NCBI GenBank assembly: GCA_000708835.1
Contig: DF237093.1
Coordinates: 34,973 to 98,972, forward strand
Reading direction: 5' to 3'
DNA length: 64,000 bases
DNA from: Klebsormidium nitens
Taxonomy: Eukaryota > Plantae > Klebsormidiophyceae
Shown here: positions 21,115-32,433 of the stretch, piece after piece
How the letters are laid out: each line of letters starts with the position of its first letter
Numbering within the stretch: the first letter of the stretch is position 1
Notes under the pieces: model-generated
Databases searched by the model: none
What the model was told of the DNA's origin: nothing
Seen by the model: the letters and a program-made list of their open reading frames with translations, nothing else
Position numbers and translations under genes: made by a program

Positions 21115-24100
21115 ATGTTGGGGTTTCACAAGAGCATTGTGGAGGAGGTTGCGCAACAGGATGGGTTGGTGGTCATGGCAGCCGGCCTGGGCATGCATAA
21201 GGTGCGTGGCAGCTCCTCTCGTTGTACTGCAGTATGCTGCTTAAGCCCCGATTCTGGTTCGGATTGTTCTTTCTGGGGTTGATGCAAGCGAAGTTCTGAG
21301 TCAGGTGTCAAGAGTGCAACTAAGTAACTTTCTCAGAAAGTCCACCACTGATTGTGAGGGTTTTCCTGGCATTGATTGAGGATGTTAACTTTCCCCAGGA
21401 ATGATCAGCGTGTTTCCTGAGCTCAATTACGGTTTGCAAAGTCAAAACCGTGCCCTTAGTCTCTGGAACCCATTTTAAACTGTCCTGGTGTTGTTGGTGG
21501 ACAGGTCATTGCAGCCATCCTGACAGCGCACATCAGAAACCCCGAGAACAGGGAGAAGGTGGTGCTGCTCCTAAGCGTAAACCCCGAGCAGCGGCAGGTG
21601 CTACAAGAGGAATTGCGGTTACAGCATGAGCTTACAATAAAAAACCCTCCCCCGGACCCTCCCCAAACTTCTGAACAGCCAGCCACTCAAGCCCCTGACT
21701 CCACTCCAAACCCTGAGCCTTTCCAGGGGGTGACACCACAGCCTGGAGAAGCTTCCCAGTCTGGCTCCCCCTTGCTAGCAGGCCCCGCTACAAGTACCCC
21801 CCCTGCCACCACAGCTTCAAGTACCCCCCCACTTGGAAGCTTGGCTCTTTCTGTCCCTCCTCAGACTGCCCCCCTGCTCCGGGAAGTAGACAATCAATTT
21901 TCCAGCCATGAGCGGCTGGCACTGTATCGGGGGGGCGGGTGTCTGTTTGTCACGAGCAGGATTCTGATTGTTGACCTGTTGAACGAAAGGGTGCCCCTGG
22001 GCCAGGTGTCAGGCATAGTGGTCTGTAACGCACACAGGGTCACGGAGACATGTGCGGAGGCGTTCATCATGCGGCTCTTCCGAGCGGGCAACAAGAGAGG
22101 GTGAGTTAGGAAAGGGTGTTGATCCTGTAATGTTTGTTGCAACGAGCTGCCTGATTGTCTGCTTGTCTTCAACGTGCTCGCAGAACCTGCTTTGAAGCAT
22201 CTGTACTTGCGGTAAGTGGTTCTGCAATTCCAGACTCTGTTTAAAGTTTCCTTGTGTCCATGCGTTAATTCTGACGTCTGCAGACACCGAAATTTTACGG
22301 TTGGACCTCGTTTTAAATGCTGGCGCGTATTGTCATTCCCTCCTCCAGATTTAGGCAGCCCGGCTGACCTCATGTTTCATCAGACATGCTGAACTGTCAT
22401 TGAACCGTGTGCCAAGTCAGTTCTTAGGGCATCAAATGATTTCCCTCGACCTGTGCCTCCTCTCCCTGCAGTTTCATCCGTGCGTTTACGGACCGGCCCC
22501 AGGCGGTGGCGTCCGGTTTCAACAAGGTGGAGCGCATCATGAAGAGCCTGTTTCTGAAGCGGCTCTACCTCTGGCCGCGCTTCCAGATGCAAGTCAGCTC
22601 TGCGCTGGAGGCCAGCCCCCCCGAAGTGGTGGACATCAGGATGCCGCTCTCGCCCGCCATGGTGGCGATTCAAGAGGCAATCATCCAGGTAGGCTTGTTT
22701 TCTCATTTCCAGACCTGTTGAAACATAGAAGCTTTTCAACATTCTTAGATGTTTCGAAACATTGATCATGGTCATGAACTTTCCACTTTCAGTTTCCCAA
22801 AATGGTTGAGGCCCCGCTGCGTAGAGTTCTGCCTTGTTGTGCTGTGGGACTGCCGCCAACAAAGGCGAGCCACCCACGTTCGAGTGAGCTTCCCTTAATT
22901 CTTGACGTCAATCTCAGTTTCGGGTGGGCGTTCCTAACTTTTGAGTCTTCGAGATACTTGCTTTTAACCGCCTTCGTGAGACAAAATGAGACAAAGAAGA
23001 CCACCTCTTCACCCTGCTCGTGCTCGCTTTCACAGCCCACACCTCAGCACAGGATCTATCACATACGAGATCCTGTAATCACATACGAGATCTACAAGAA
23101 GACGTGGACATCGAAGTTGCTTACAAAAACAGCAGAAAACAGTCGACGTCCTTCACACTCTCTACCATGATCTACTCAAGTCGCTTTTCGCCCCCCTCAG
23201 GTAATGGACGCGTGCATGAAGGAGCTGAAGAAGATCAACAAGCTAGACGTGGAGGACCTGACGGTCGAGAATGGGCTGTTCAAGTCCTTCGACGAGATTG
23301 TCAGGCGGCAGCTCGACCCCATCTGGCACACCATTGGTCGGAAGGTGAGACGCTTTCGCCTCGTTCCCCGGCAATCCAGTACCGAAGCAGGGACCGTGCT
23401 TGTGCTGCGGACTCATGATTAAGGGGTCAGGAAGGAAGATAAAGCGTTTTAGAAAACGTTTTTCAGAAAACCCAATCCGAACATTCTAGCTAAGCCTACT
23501 TAACCTGCTGTCATTCGAGTACAGGAACTCACTTCCCGAGTTCATTCCAATCTAGGCCGTCACCGGCCCGTTGTTTCCAGCAACATCTCTTATTTTCACG
23601 ATTCTCGTCCCTTTATGGTGACCTTCTCTTCAGCAGTCAACCCTGTGTGTGTCAAGAGAAGGGGGAAGTGCTCGTTCTTTTAGTACACAAAGATGATTGA
23701 GTCCTTCACTTCCTCAGATGAGGAGATCTGGCAAAGATAAAAAGAACGGAAGGATGAATAACCATAAGACCTGGAATTGTAAGAGTTGGCGTGATTGTCT
23801 GGCGTTCCCCTGACCCTTGAGCCGTCCCTCCTCCAGACCAAGCAGCTGGTAGCCGACCTGAAGACGCTGCGCAAGCTGGCGGAGTTTCTCCTGCGCTACG
23901 ACGCCGTCACGTTCCTGCGCTATCTCGACACGCTGCGCCTTTCCGAGGGCATCCGCTCCGTCTGGCTCTTCGCCGAGCCCACGCACAAGATCTTCGAGTA
24001 CGCCAAGCGCCGCGTGTATCATGCCGTCAAAACAGGGCCCGACGGTTTGGCTGTCCAGCCCGCCCAAAAGAGAGGCCCTGTTGCGGCCAGTGTCGCTAAG

Positions 24101-27100
24101 AAGCGGAAGGGGCCGGGAGGGCAGCCGGCGGCTGTACAGGGCCTGGGGAATGCGAACGGGGCGGCTGCAGGGGCCGCTGCTGAAGGGGTTCCAACAAAGG
24201 TGGAGCTGGAGGTAGTCCTGGAGGAGATGCCCAAATGGAGGATTCTGCGAGTGAGGATCGGTGTTAGGGTTTTCGTTTACTCTGCACGGATGTCTCTCCT
24301 TCATGCACTCGTGGAAGTTAAGTGTCACTAGGCACTCACTTACCATATCTTCTCCTTTAGATTCTCCGTTTCGTTGCAGTTGAGACCAGACCCATTTGCT
24401 TTGAGGCAGAGCCTACGGACGATAATGCATGTTTGGATTCCTGCAACTCTTCCGTTTCAGGGGGTTTTCTACATCTCAAAGCGGTGGCCAAAACGTTTCG
24501 TCTGTAATGGTCGCTGCAGCTGCTCACGGCAAGTGGACCCTTCCTTGCTGCAGGAGATATTGGAAGAGATTCAAGAAGAGAAAGAAGAGCTCGCAAAACA
24601 GCGAGCCCTTGCCGCAGTCGCGGCCATGGAAACCCAGGAACGGACCGCCCAGTCACCCGCCCCGGACCCTCTAGAGGTGGGCCCCAGCTCCCGCGACCCG
24701 GCGGGACGTCTAGCCGATTCCGACTTCGCCACCAGCGGAGGCTTTGTCAGAACCACCCCCCCATTTGTGAACGAGGACGACGGACCGGTGCTAGTAGCGG
24801 CGAAAGACGAGCGCATGTGTCTGCAACTAGAGGCGTGCATCGTTCATGGGGGGGGGGCGGTGATGCGCGCGGAGTGGGACCGGTTCCTGCTGGCCAAGGC
24901 GGAAGTGCACAAGGCGCGGCAAAAGGGGAAGAAGAAGGCCGGGGGGGTGGAGCAGCAGGCGGCAAACGGGCAGCCAGGTGACTCATCCTTTCGTACTCCG
25001 TACTTTGTTTTAGCTTAAACTTTCAAGAAGGCTACGCTTGAGTACCGATGTCTAGAGAATACTGTGAGTTGGTGTATGGAGGACATGCGGGGCGTTCGAT
25101 GAGGATGCAGTCGGAGAAAGAACGTCCTACTTGCTTCTTCAGTGCAGCGAAGCTACTCCAACGAGAACATCGTTCTTCTCCCTGGGCTAGCCGTGCTTAT
25201 CCGCGGCATCCCTAGGTTTGTGAAGCCGGACTGTAGTATGTCTGTCGCAATTGTCGGGAGCGTGCGTGTTCGATTCAACAACTTCGAACCTCCAAGCTCG
25301 AAAGCTCGAACCCTCAAAACTCCGGATATCTCGCTTCTCTCGGGCAGACACTTGATGCGTTACTTTCAATCATTCCTTTACAGGCCCGTCAAATGCTGCT
25401 GCTAAAGCGCCCGCCGGCGCCTCCGGCACAGGCGAGCAAGAGGCTCTCCTTGCAGCGGCAAAGAAAGTCTTTTCCAGAGGGGGGTCTGACGCGCTGACCA
25501 TACCGGAATCAGGGTTTGAAGAGGAGAGGGGTTCAAAGGCCTGGGGCCGAGGGAGGGGGAAAGGAAAGGCGGGGAACAAAAGCGGGTCCGAAGGCAGCGG
25601 GGGGGACTCGGAAAGCGGAGGGAAGGAGGGGGGGCGCGGGAGGGGTCGGGTGAAAGGGAACCGGGGGAGGGGGAGAGGCGCCGCAGGCGAGAAAGGGCAA
25701 CGGACGCTTACTCAGATTGGGCGCAAGGAGTCGGGGGGACAAGGGGAAGCAGTTCTCGACGAGAGGGGGAAAGAAAAGGCAGGCGAAGAGACTGGGGGCG
25801 ATGAAGACGTCGTTGAAGTGGATGGCAGCACCTTCCGAGCCCGTCAGGGGACAGGGTCTGGACGGGTTAACTCTGTGGTTAGCGAAACCGCCTTGGATTC
25901 GACCGGGGGGACTGCGAAGAATGGAGACCAAGGGGATGGCGAACCGGACCGGAAAGGGAAGCGGAAAGCGGAGCCGGAAGTGGCGCCATCGCTGAGGAAG
26001 GGTGCGAAAAGGCGACGGAAAGCGCTGCCGGCGGTGCACTTCTACGCGCTGGAAAGCGAACAGCAGGTGCTCGAGGTGGTAAGGGCTGAGATTGTTGACA
26101 CGATCTATTCACCACCCTACTTCGACTTTTCTTGATTCCGTTGCCTAAGGGATCGATGACAGTTGGTTTAATGAATACTGCCATCAGATGCCTTCTCCGC
26201 CCCACTCTGACAAATGAGAGCCAAGGCGGCCGGCGCATCTTGCTTCCTGTTCCTTGTTTCTGGCGACCATGTCTAGCGATGGGAGAATCCTCATAGGCTC
26301 CCGAGACAAGTCGTTATAAAGTTGGCTGCAGAGACTTCTAGAAGGAAAGAGAACCGCCAGCTCCAAAGCCAGCCGTTGCGTGAGCCCCCCACTTCCCAAC
26401 TTTCTGAAAATCACATCCAAGCAGCAGCATACGTTACAGGAAACTTCATTGCTCACCCCCGACAGGCGCGGCCTTGTTACGTCATCTTGCATGACCATGA
26501 CATGCCTTTTGTGCGCAAGCTGGATTTGTACCCATCATAAAGCCTCAGAGTAACTCACTTTGGCAGTCTTATAATTCCTAGATCAGACTCTCCTTTCTGC
26601 CTCGCAGGTGCGGCCCGCTTAGGTCATCGTGCATGACTCTGACATAGCGTTTTGTGCCCTTTACCATCATAAGTTCTCAAGGTAACTCACCTTGGCAGTC
26701 TTACAATTTCTAGATTGGACTCGTCGACTCCCCCACAGGTGCGGCCCGCTTACATCATCGTGCATAACATTGACATGGCGTTTTGAGCACTGTACCTTCA
26801 TAAACCCTCAGCGAAACAGCTTGGCAGTCTTACAAATCTTATATCGGACTCGTCGAATTCCCCGCAGGTGCCGCCTGCTTACGTCATCGTGCACGACCTT
26901 GCCATGGGTTTTTGTGCACTGTACCATCATAAATCCTCAAAGTAAAGTTAGGGGGTGAGGGGTTCGGGCTTAAGGTTCGTATAGAGCCCTTGCATGGGTT
27001 AGCTTGGCAGTCTTACACTTCCTGAATCGGACTCATCAATCTGCCCGTAGGTGCGGCCCGCTTATGTCATTGTGCACGACCCCGACATGGCGTTTGTGCG

Positions 27101-30100
27101 CGAGCTGGAGCTGTACAAGGCGGAGCACCCGGAGCGGTCGCTCAAGGTGTACTTTCTGCTGTACGAGCAGTCGACGGAGGAGCGCAAGTTTGAAAGCTCC
27201 ATCCAGCGCGAGAACGCCGCATTCGAGGCGCTGATCAAGCAGAAGGCCATTATGACCGTGCCAGTGGACCAGGTGCAACATGTTGTCTGTATGAGAATCT
27301 TTTGTTCTTTACCAGAGTAGGTGACTTAAGTCCAGGTATGATATGTTGTTTGTATGAGATTCTTTTGTACTTTAGCAGGGGAGGTGGCTGACTCGCTTCT
27401 CACATCCACGCATCTCGTTGAGCAGCTTCTTGCCTCTGGCACGCTGTTCCTTTTCTGGTCGACCATCCGGCCAGACGATTGGAGGACGGATGCAGGGTTT
27501 GGGATCGGAGAAACCGAAATTGTGGGAGGGATCACACTGCTCCGGGCCGCGCTTCTGGGCGTCGAAGCACTCCGCCCCACCTGCGTTTACCCTCTTCTCC
27601 AATTTTGGATCAACTTACAAGAAAGATCCCGCCTGTAACAGCATTGCATTCCGCTTGGAACATATCCGATTTCTTGCAACAGCATCAGTTTCTGCTAGCA
27701 CCAACATCCGCTTCGACATTGTAACAACGGCAGTACAAACGTCAGATACCGCTTGTAACAGCATCCGGTTCCGCTTCTTACAGGACGGTCGACTTGCCGG
27801 GACGGCTGCCCCCCAGAGTGCGACGGGGGTCACGTTCTCGACGTCAGGCCCAGGCGGCACGGGCATCTCGACGCGCAAAGCGGGGGGACGGCAAAAGGAC
27901 CGCGCGATGCAGGCGAGTCTTGATTCTCCGTTGAGTCAGGCTCACGTCGACTTGTATCAGATCCCCTGGCCCAAAGAAGCCCAAAGGTGAAGTCTCAAGT
28001 CAACATGCGCTACACCCTTGCCAACCGTAAACCAACCCTACCCTTTTTCTGGGCAGTATCCAACTCAACGTAGCCCTGGTTTGTGAACGACGTAGTAAAC
28101 GCAGATATAAAAAAAATGCTTAGACAGATTTTCGTAAGTAACGTAAAGTCCAACACTTGTGTGATGCAGGTGGTGGTCGACATGCGCGAGTTCAACAGCA
28201 GCCTGCCATCCGTGCTGCACCAGCAGGGCATGAAGATCGTGCCCGTCACGCTCGAGGTAAGAACCTAGGCCGCGGATCCTACTCAAACCGCAGTCCGCAT
28301 CAGTGCGGACGGTGCATTTATGCGCGAAATGAGTTCTAATGTGGTCCTGAGTTATTTCGCTTGGTGCTGTTCAGAGCAGAAGGCTCGTTGTGTTGCCTAC
28401 CAATTGCGAGCAAAAGGCTCGTTTCGGTTTTTGAGAAAAAATTTGGCGATAATGTGTCTAGTATGAAAGACGGCGGAGAGAGCCTGGCAGGCTTCTGTGA
28501 GGCGTACCTGACAGCACATCTCGTGACAGGTTGCTTAAGGTCCGTCTTGATGATGGTGTTATTCGGCTTTCTGTCATCCGCTCTTGGTGGCGACACAGTT
28601 TGTCCCGGAAGGCGACAGAGTTTGTCCTGGAAGTGTGCGTGGAGCGCAAAAGCGGAGGCATTTGAGTTGACACCAGGTCTTCCAGCAGTCCGCTTTGAGT
28701 GCGCACTTTTTATGATGGTGTCACTAATTTCGAAATTTGTCCTCGTGTTGGCTAGGTGGGCGACTACATTCTGTCCCCCGAGGTGTGTGTGGAGCGCAAG
28801 AGTCTGGCGGACCTGTTCCAGTCGTTCGGCTCCGGTCGGCTGTACAACCAGGCGGAGGCCATGACGCGCTACTACAAGACGCCCGTGCTGCTTATCGAGT
28901 TTGACCAGGACAAGAGCTTCTCGCTCCAGGTGCGCGCGCTTTTCTTTGCGTACGTTTACACATCGAGGATGTTGAACGAGCCTACAAGAGAACATGTGTC
29001 ACTGATGCTTGACGACAAAAGACCGGAAGTCTCCCGGCGGGTGCTGAGACTCTCGTGAGGACCATGCCGGTTCATAGAAACTGAGCTTTTGAAAGTCAGC
29101 CGCTTCCGCACGTGGCAGATTGGGCCTCTAAACCAGTTACGCCACGTCTCCACGAGCGTTCTTGGAGTCGAGCGTTCTCTGAAGCGGCTCCTTTTTGTTT
29201 GCCTACCCACGTTCCATCAAATGTCCAACGTTCGGAGGCCGATGCTCTGCTATTTTTGAGTCCCTTTGTGTAACTCTCCAGAGCTAAGTCAACGACTTGG
29301 GCAGTGCATATATGCTCAAAAAAGGCATGAAACTGCCATTGACGCCTCCAGCCCTCGGCATTGTTCTGCTCATAACATGCACCCGACGTGTCTGATACGG
29401 GAAATGTTCGACTGGGTATCCCTTGGTGCTGCAATTGCTCACCTGAAGACTCAACGTCTGATCGCGAATAGTCAACTTTGGAATGCTGCGTAAGTGACAC
29501 GTGGCTTGTCCTTGTGCAGTCTGCGGGCGAGCTGACGGACGACATCTTCGGCACCAACATCATCTCCAAGCTGTCGCTCCTGGTCCTTCACTTTCCGCGG
29601 CTGCGCATCATCTGGTCGCGCAGGTACGCCTTGCCTAGTTTCCGCTTCTCCAGTCCCTTGTTCCATGTTGTCAATTCGAGATTTCGCGCTCTCCCGTGAC
29701 ATTCTGTCCCGTTTTTTGCTTTTTGAAGTGCTGCTTCTTTGCTCTCGTCCTGCGCTGTCTGGACCCTTCTCTGCTTGCGTTGCCCCTTGATCTGGAGGGT
29801 GTTTCAATGTTTCCAAAAAGCCGGGCTTTCAGAATTGTAGGGCTGAGGCTTATTTACCCAAATGTTCTTTTTTCTCGTTGTGACCAAATCCAAATGACCA
29901 TCCGAGGCTGCAAAGTCTGCTTCGTCTGCCTCGTATGCGACTTCATGCCTGCTCGTCCCTACATTCTGGGTCTGCGCTCACTTCAGCTGGGATCGAGGAT
30001 CCAGCACTTGCACGTCCGGAAGCGCGCAAACTCTTCCTCAACGCGTCTTCCAAAGCAATCTATCCCGTCCTTTCTTCCATCTGCAGCGTGCATGCCACGG

Positions 30101-31784
30101 CGGACATCTTCGCCGCCCTGAAGGCCAATCAGGAGGAGCCAGACGTCAAGAAGGCGATGGTGGTCGGCGTGCCCACCGAGGATGGCGTCATCGAGGGGGA
30201 CAGGCAGGGGGAGACGTACAACACCACGGCGCAGGAGGTGAGGCGCTCGAGAGAGTTTGCTGTAAACCAAGACGTTGGGTTAGGCTTGGGTTTTGACAAA
30301 CGACTGAACGACACAGGATTCGTGGGGCTTGTAATGCTAGCACCCGGCACAAGAGGTGAGACGGCCACAAATGTCTGCGGTAAACAAAGGCCTTGGGTTA
30401 AGTTTGGGGTTTGACGGTCGACTGAAAGGACACAGGATTAGTGGGGCTTGCGAAGGAAGACGCACACCGCTCAAGATGCGAGGCGCTCAAACCGGTTGAC
30501 GGCCAAGAGTTGTGGCCCAATCCAACGCAAAAGGCAACTCTTTAGGGTTACCCAGGGTATGGGTATTCTTTTTGTGTTAGTCAACTTTGGATGCACGCAA
30601 AGGGAGAGTCTCAGTTCACAGCTTAGGAGGGGAGGCGCCAGAAAGCATGCCAAGCTCTGGGCTTCAGGGTTCTTGAGTGTCGGCGTTTGAATTGAGGTCT
30701 GGATTCCCGCATTCTGAGCGCATGCCGGGAAGGACGTACAACCCCGTAGCAAGAAGTTCTACCGATTTGCCCAGCCACACGGTCGGTTACTTTGACTTCC
30801 TTCATGAAACTGCGGTTAACAGGGGACCGAAGTGCAGATAAGTGCCTTCGAGATCTTTCAAGCCACTGGTGGGAAAGTGGTTAGAGAACCAACGTCCGGC
30901 ACGTGAAGATTGACAATGACAAGGACGGCTTTTGAGAACTCTTCTGAAAGGGATTCCTGACATTACGGCTGACGTCTAGTTCCAAGAGTCCCTTTATAGG
31001 AGCAACTGAAGAGCTTCCCTCTCACAACTTCACGGAGTTTTGCCCAGGGCTGATCGGAGTACACCTTCCAGCACCAACACAGTTCCTTGAGGCTTCTGAC
31101 TGCCTTGAGTGCCTTGATTGATTTTGAGGCTTCTGACTGTTCTGTCCGTCGACGCCTTTCAATACTTTCCGCGGATTCCAATCTTGCAGGTATTGCGCCG
31201 TCTCCCTGGTGTGACGGACGCCAATTACCGCATGCTGATGGACGGAGTTAAGTGCCTGGCGGATCTCGCGGTGAGTATTGCAGAGCGCGTCGGGAGAAAG
31301 TTTACAAACGGCGACCGGCTACCCGAAACTTCACGTTTGCAGTCGCTTGGAAGAGCCAGGTAGTTCCAAAAACGAGCGACATCCGGTCATTATCTGTTAT
31401 CTGCATGTCGCCGCAAGGCACATGGGGCAGACGCCTTCTTAAGCGACGTTCCCTGGTCGCTCCTGTTCGCTTCCTCTCTCCAGCAGACTAGCTGCTTCTT
31501 GAACTGAAGAGATTGCAAGCCTGCGCCTCAGTAGTTTTTGGTTCGATGAGCCAGCTCACTTGGCAGATGGGAGATTTGTTCGTGTCGTTGTATCCCTTGA
31601 CGACCTTTCTGAAGCGTGATGCACTTCTGAAAGCATATCTTTACGGCTTTCTTATTTTGGACCGACGTCAAGGGCATTGAATCTGCAGGAGACGTCCATA
31701 GAGGACTTGAGCAAGTTGATGGACGGGCAGCGCCCTGCCAAGATGCTGCGCGAGTTTCTAGACGCGAAGTGCCCAACCGTGTAG
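21115..31784 (+). CDS. UVH1: DNA repair endonuclease XPF (ERCC4/RAD1/UVH1 orthologue), many exons
   Basis: MLGFHKSIVEEVAQQDGLVVMAAGLG; FVTSRILIVDLL; FQKLYLWPRF-type exon (SLFLKRLYLWPRFQ); YDAVTFLRYLDTLR; VVVDMREFNSSLPSVLH; VGDYILSPEVCVERKSLADLFQSFGSGRLYNQ (intact GDY..ERK nuclease motif); HhH region LRRLPGVTDANY; ends FLDAKCPTV*. Confidence 0.95.
26461..27110 (+). repeat. Tandem array of four degenerate copies of an XPF intron-end/exon-start unit preceding the functional exon
   Basis: (C/T)AG|G(T/C)GC(G/C)GCC(C/T)GCTTA..TCATCGTGCA(T/C)(G/A)AC units start at 26466, 26608, 26739 and 26868; the true exon starts at 27051. Each unit is followed by ...TTGGCAGTCTTA...GGACTC. Confidence 0.9.
30262..30450 (+). 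repeat. Intronic ~70-bp direct repeat (2 copies, 118 nt apart) in XPF
   Basis: GTAAAC...TTGGGTTA.G.TTGGG.TTTGAC...CGACTGAA.GACACAGGATT.GTGGGGCTTG at 30262 and 30380. Confidence 0.8.
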
Positions 31785-32433
31785 ATACGACCGTAAACTT
31801 CCAGGCATCAGAGATCAGGGCCCGCACCAACCGTCTCTATATGTGTGGACACACGATCAGGACCTGCAACTTGTGGTCTACCATGTATCAAACCCTATGG
31901 TGGAAGGGCAACGGCCGCATGTAGTTTACCTAGCGTCTTGACAAGCATTGCTTCTTCAAACTGAGATGGTCATGCACGTTTGCAGTTCCTTCAAGATCTA
32001 GCACGACAAGCATGCATGCCACGAAACTCGGCTTGCTAGCTAACTCAAGTTCATGGTTGTGATGCAGAGTCGGATGCGGTATGTGCATATCAACATGCAT
32101 ATGCACACTGACAGCATTGTATGTGATCAAAATGATGGTCTCTTTTTGAATACGCCGTAGCCAATTATAGGCCACAGGCTTCTAGCTCATGGCATACATG
32201 ATCAAGGTTGTCCGACCACAATCGTTTTCGTGCATGATGTACGTTTCATATATATGCATTCAATCGGTGTGGCTAATCTGTCGGATTGTAATTCAGAACC
32301 AAAGGACAGTCTCCGACAAGCAGGTTACCGTCATTGCACGGCCTCCAATTGCAATCCACCCTTTTGTTTGAAAGAAGCATCTGGGTCGATTGAGTGGGCT
32401 GTCAGGATCGAACTGTGATGCAGAGTCCGGACG

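Noticed and set aside
26461-27110. CRISPR-like array
   Set aside because: Units are degenerate whole-unit duplications of intron and exon sequence with no unique spacers, in a eukaryotic gene.
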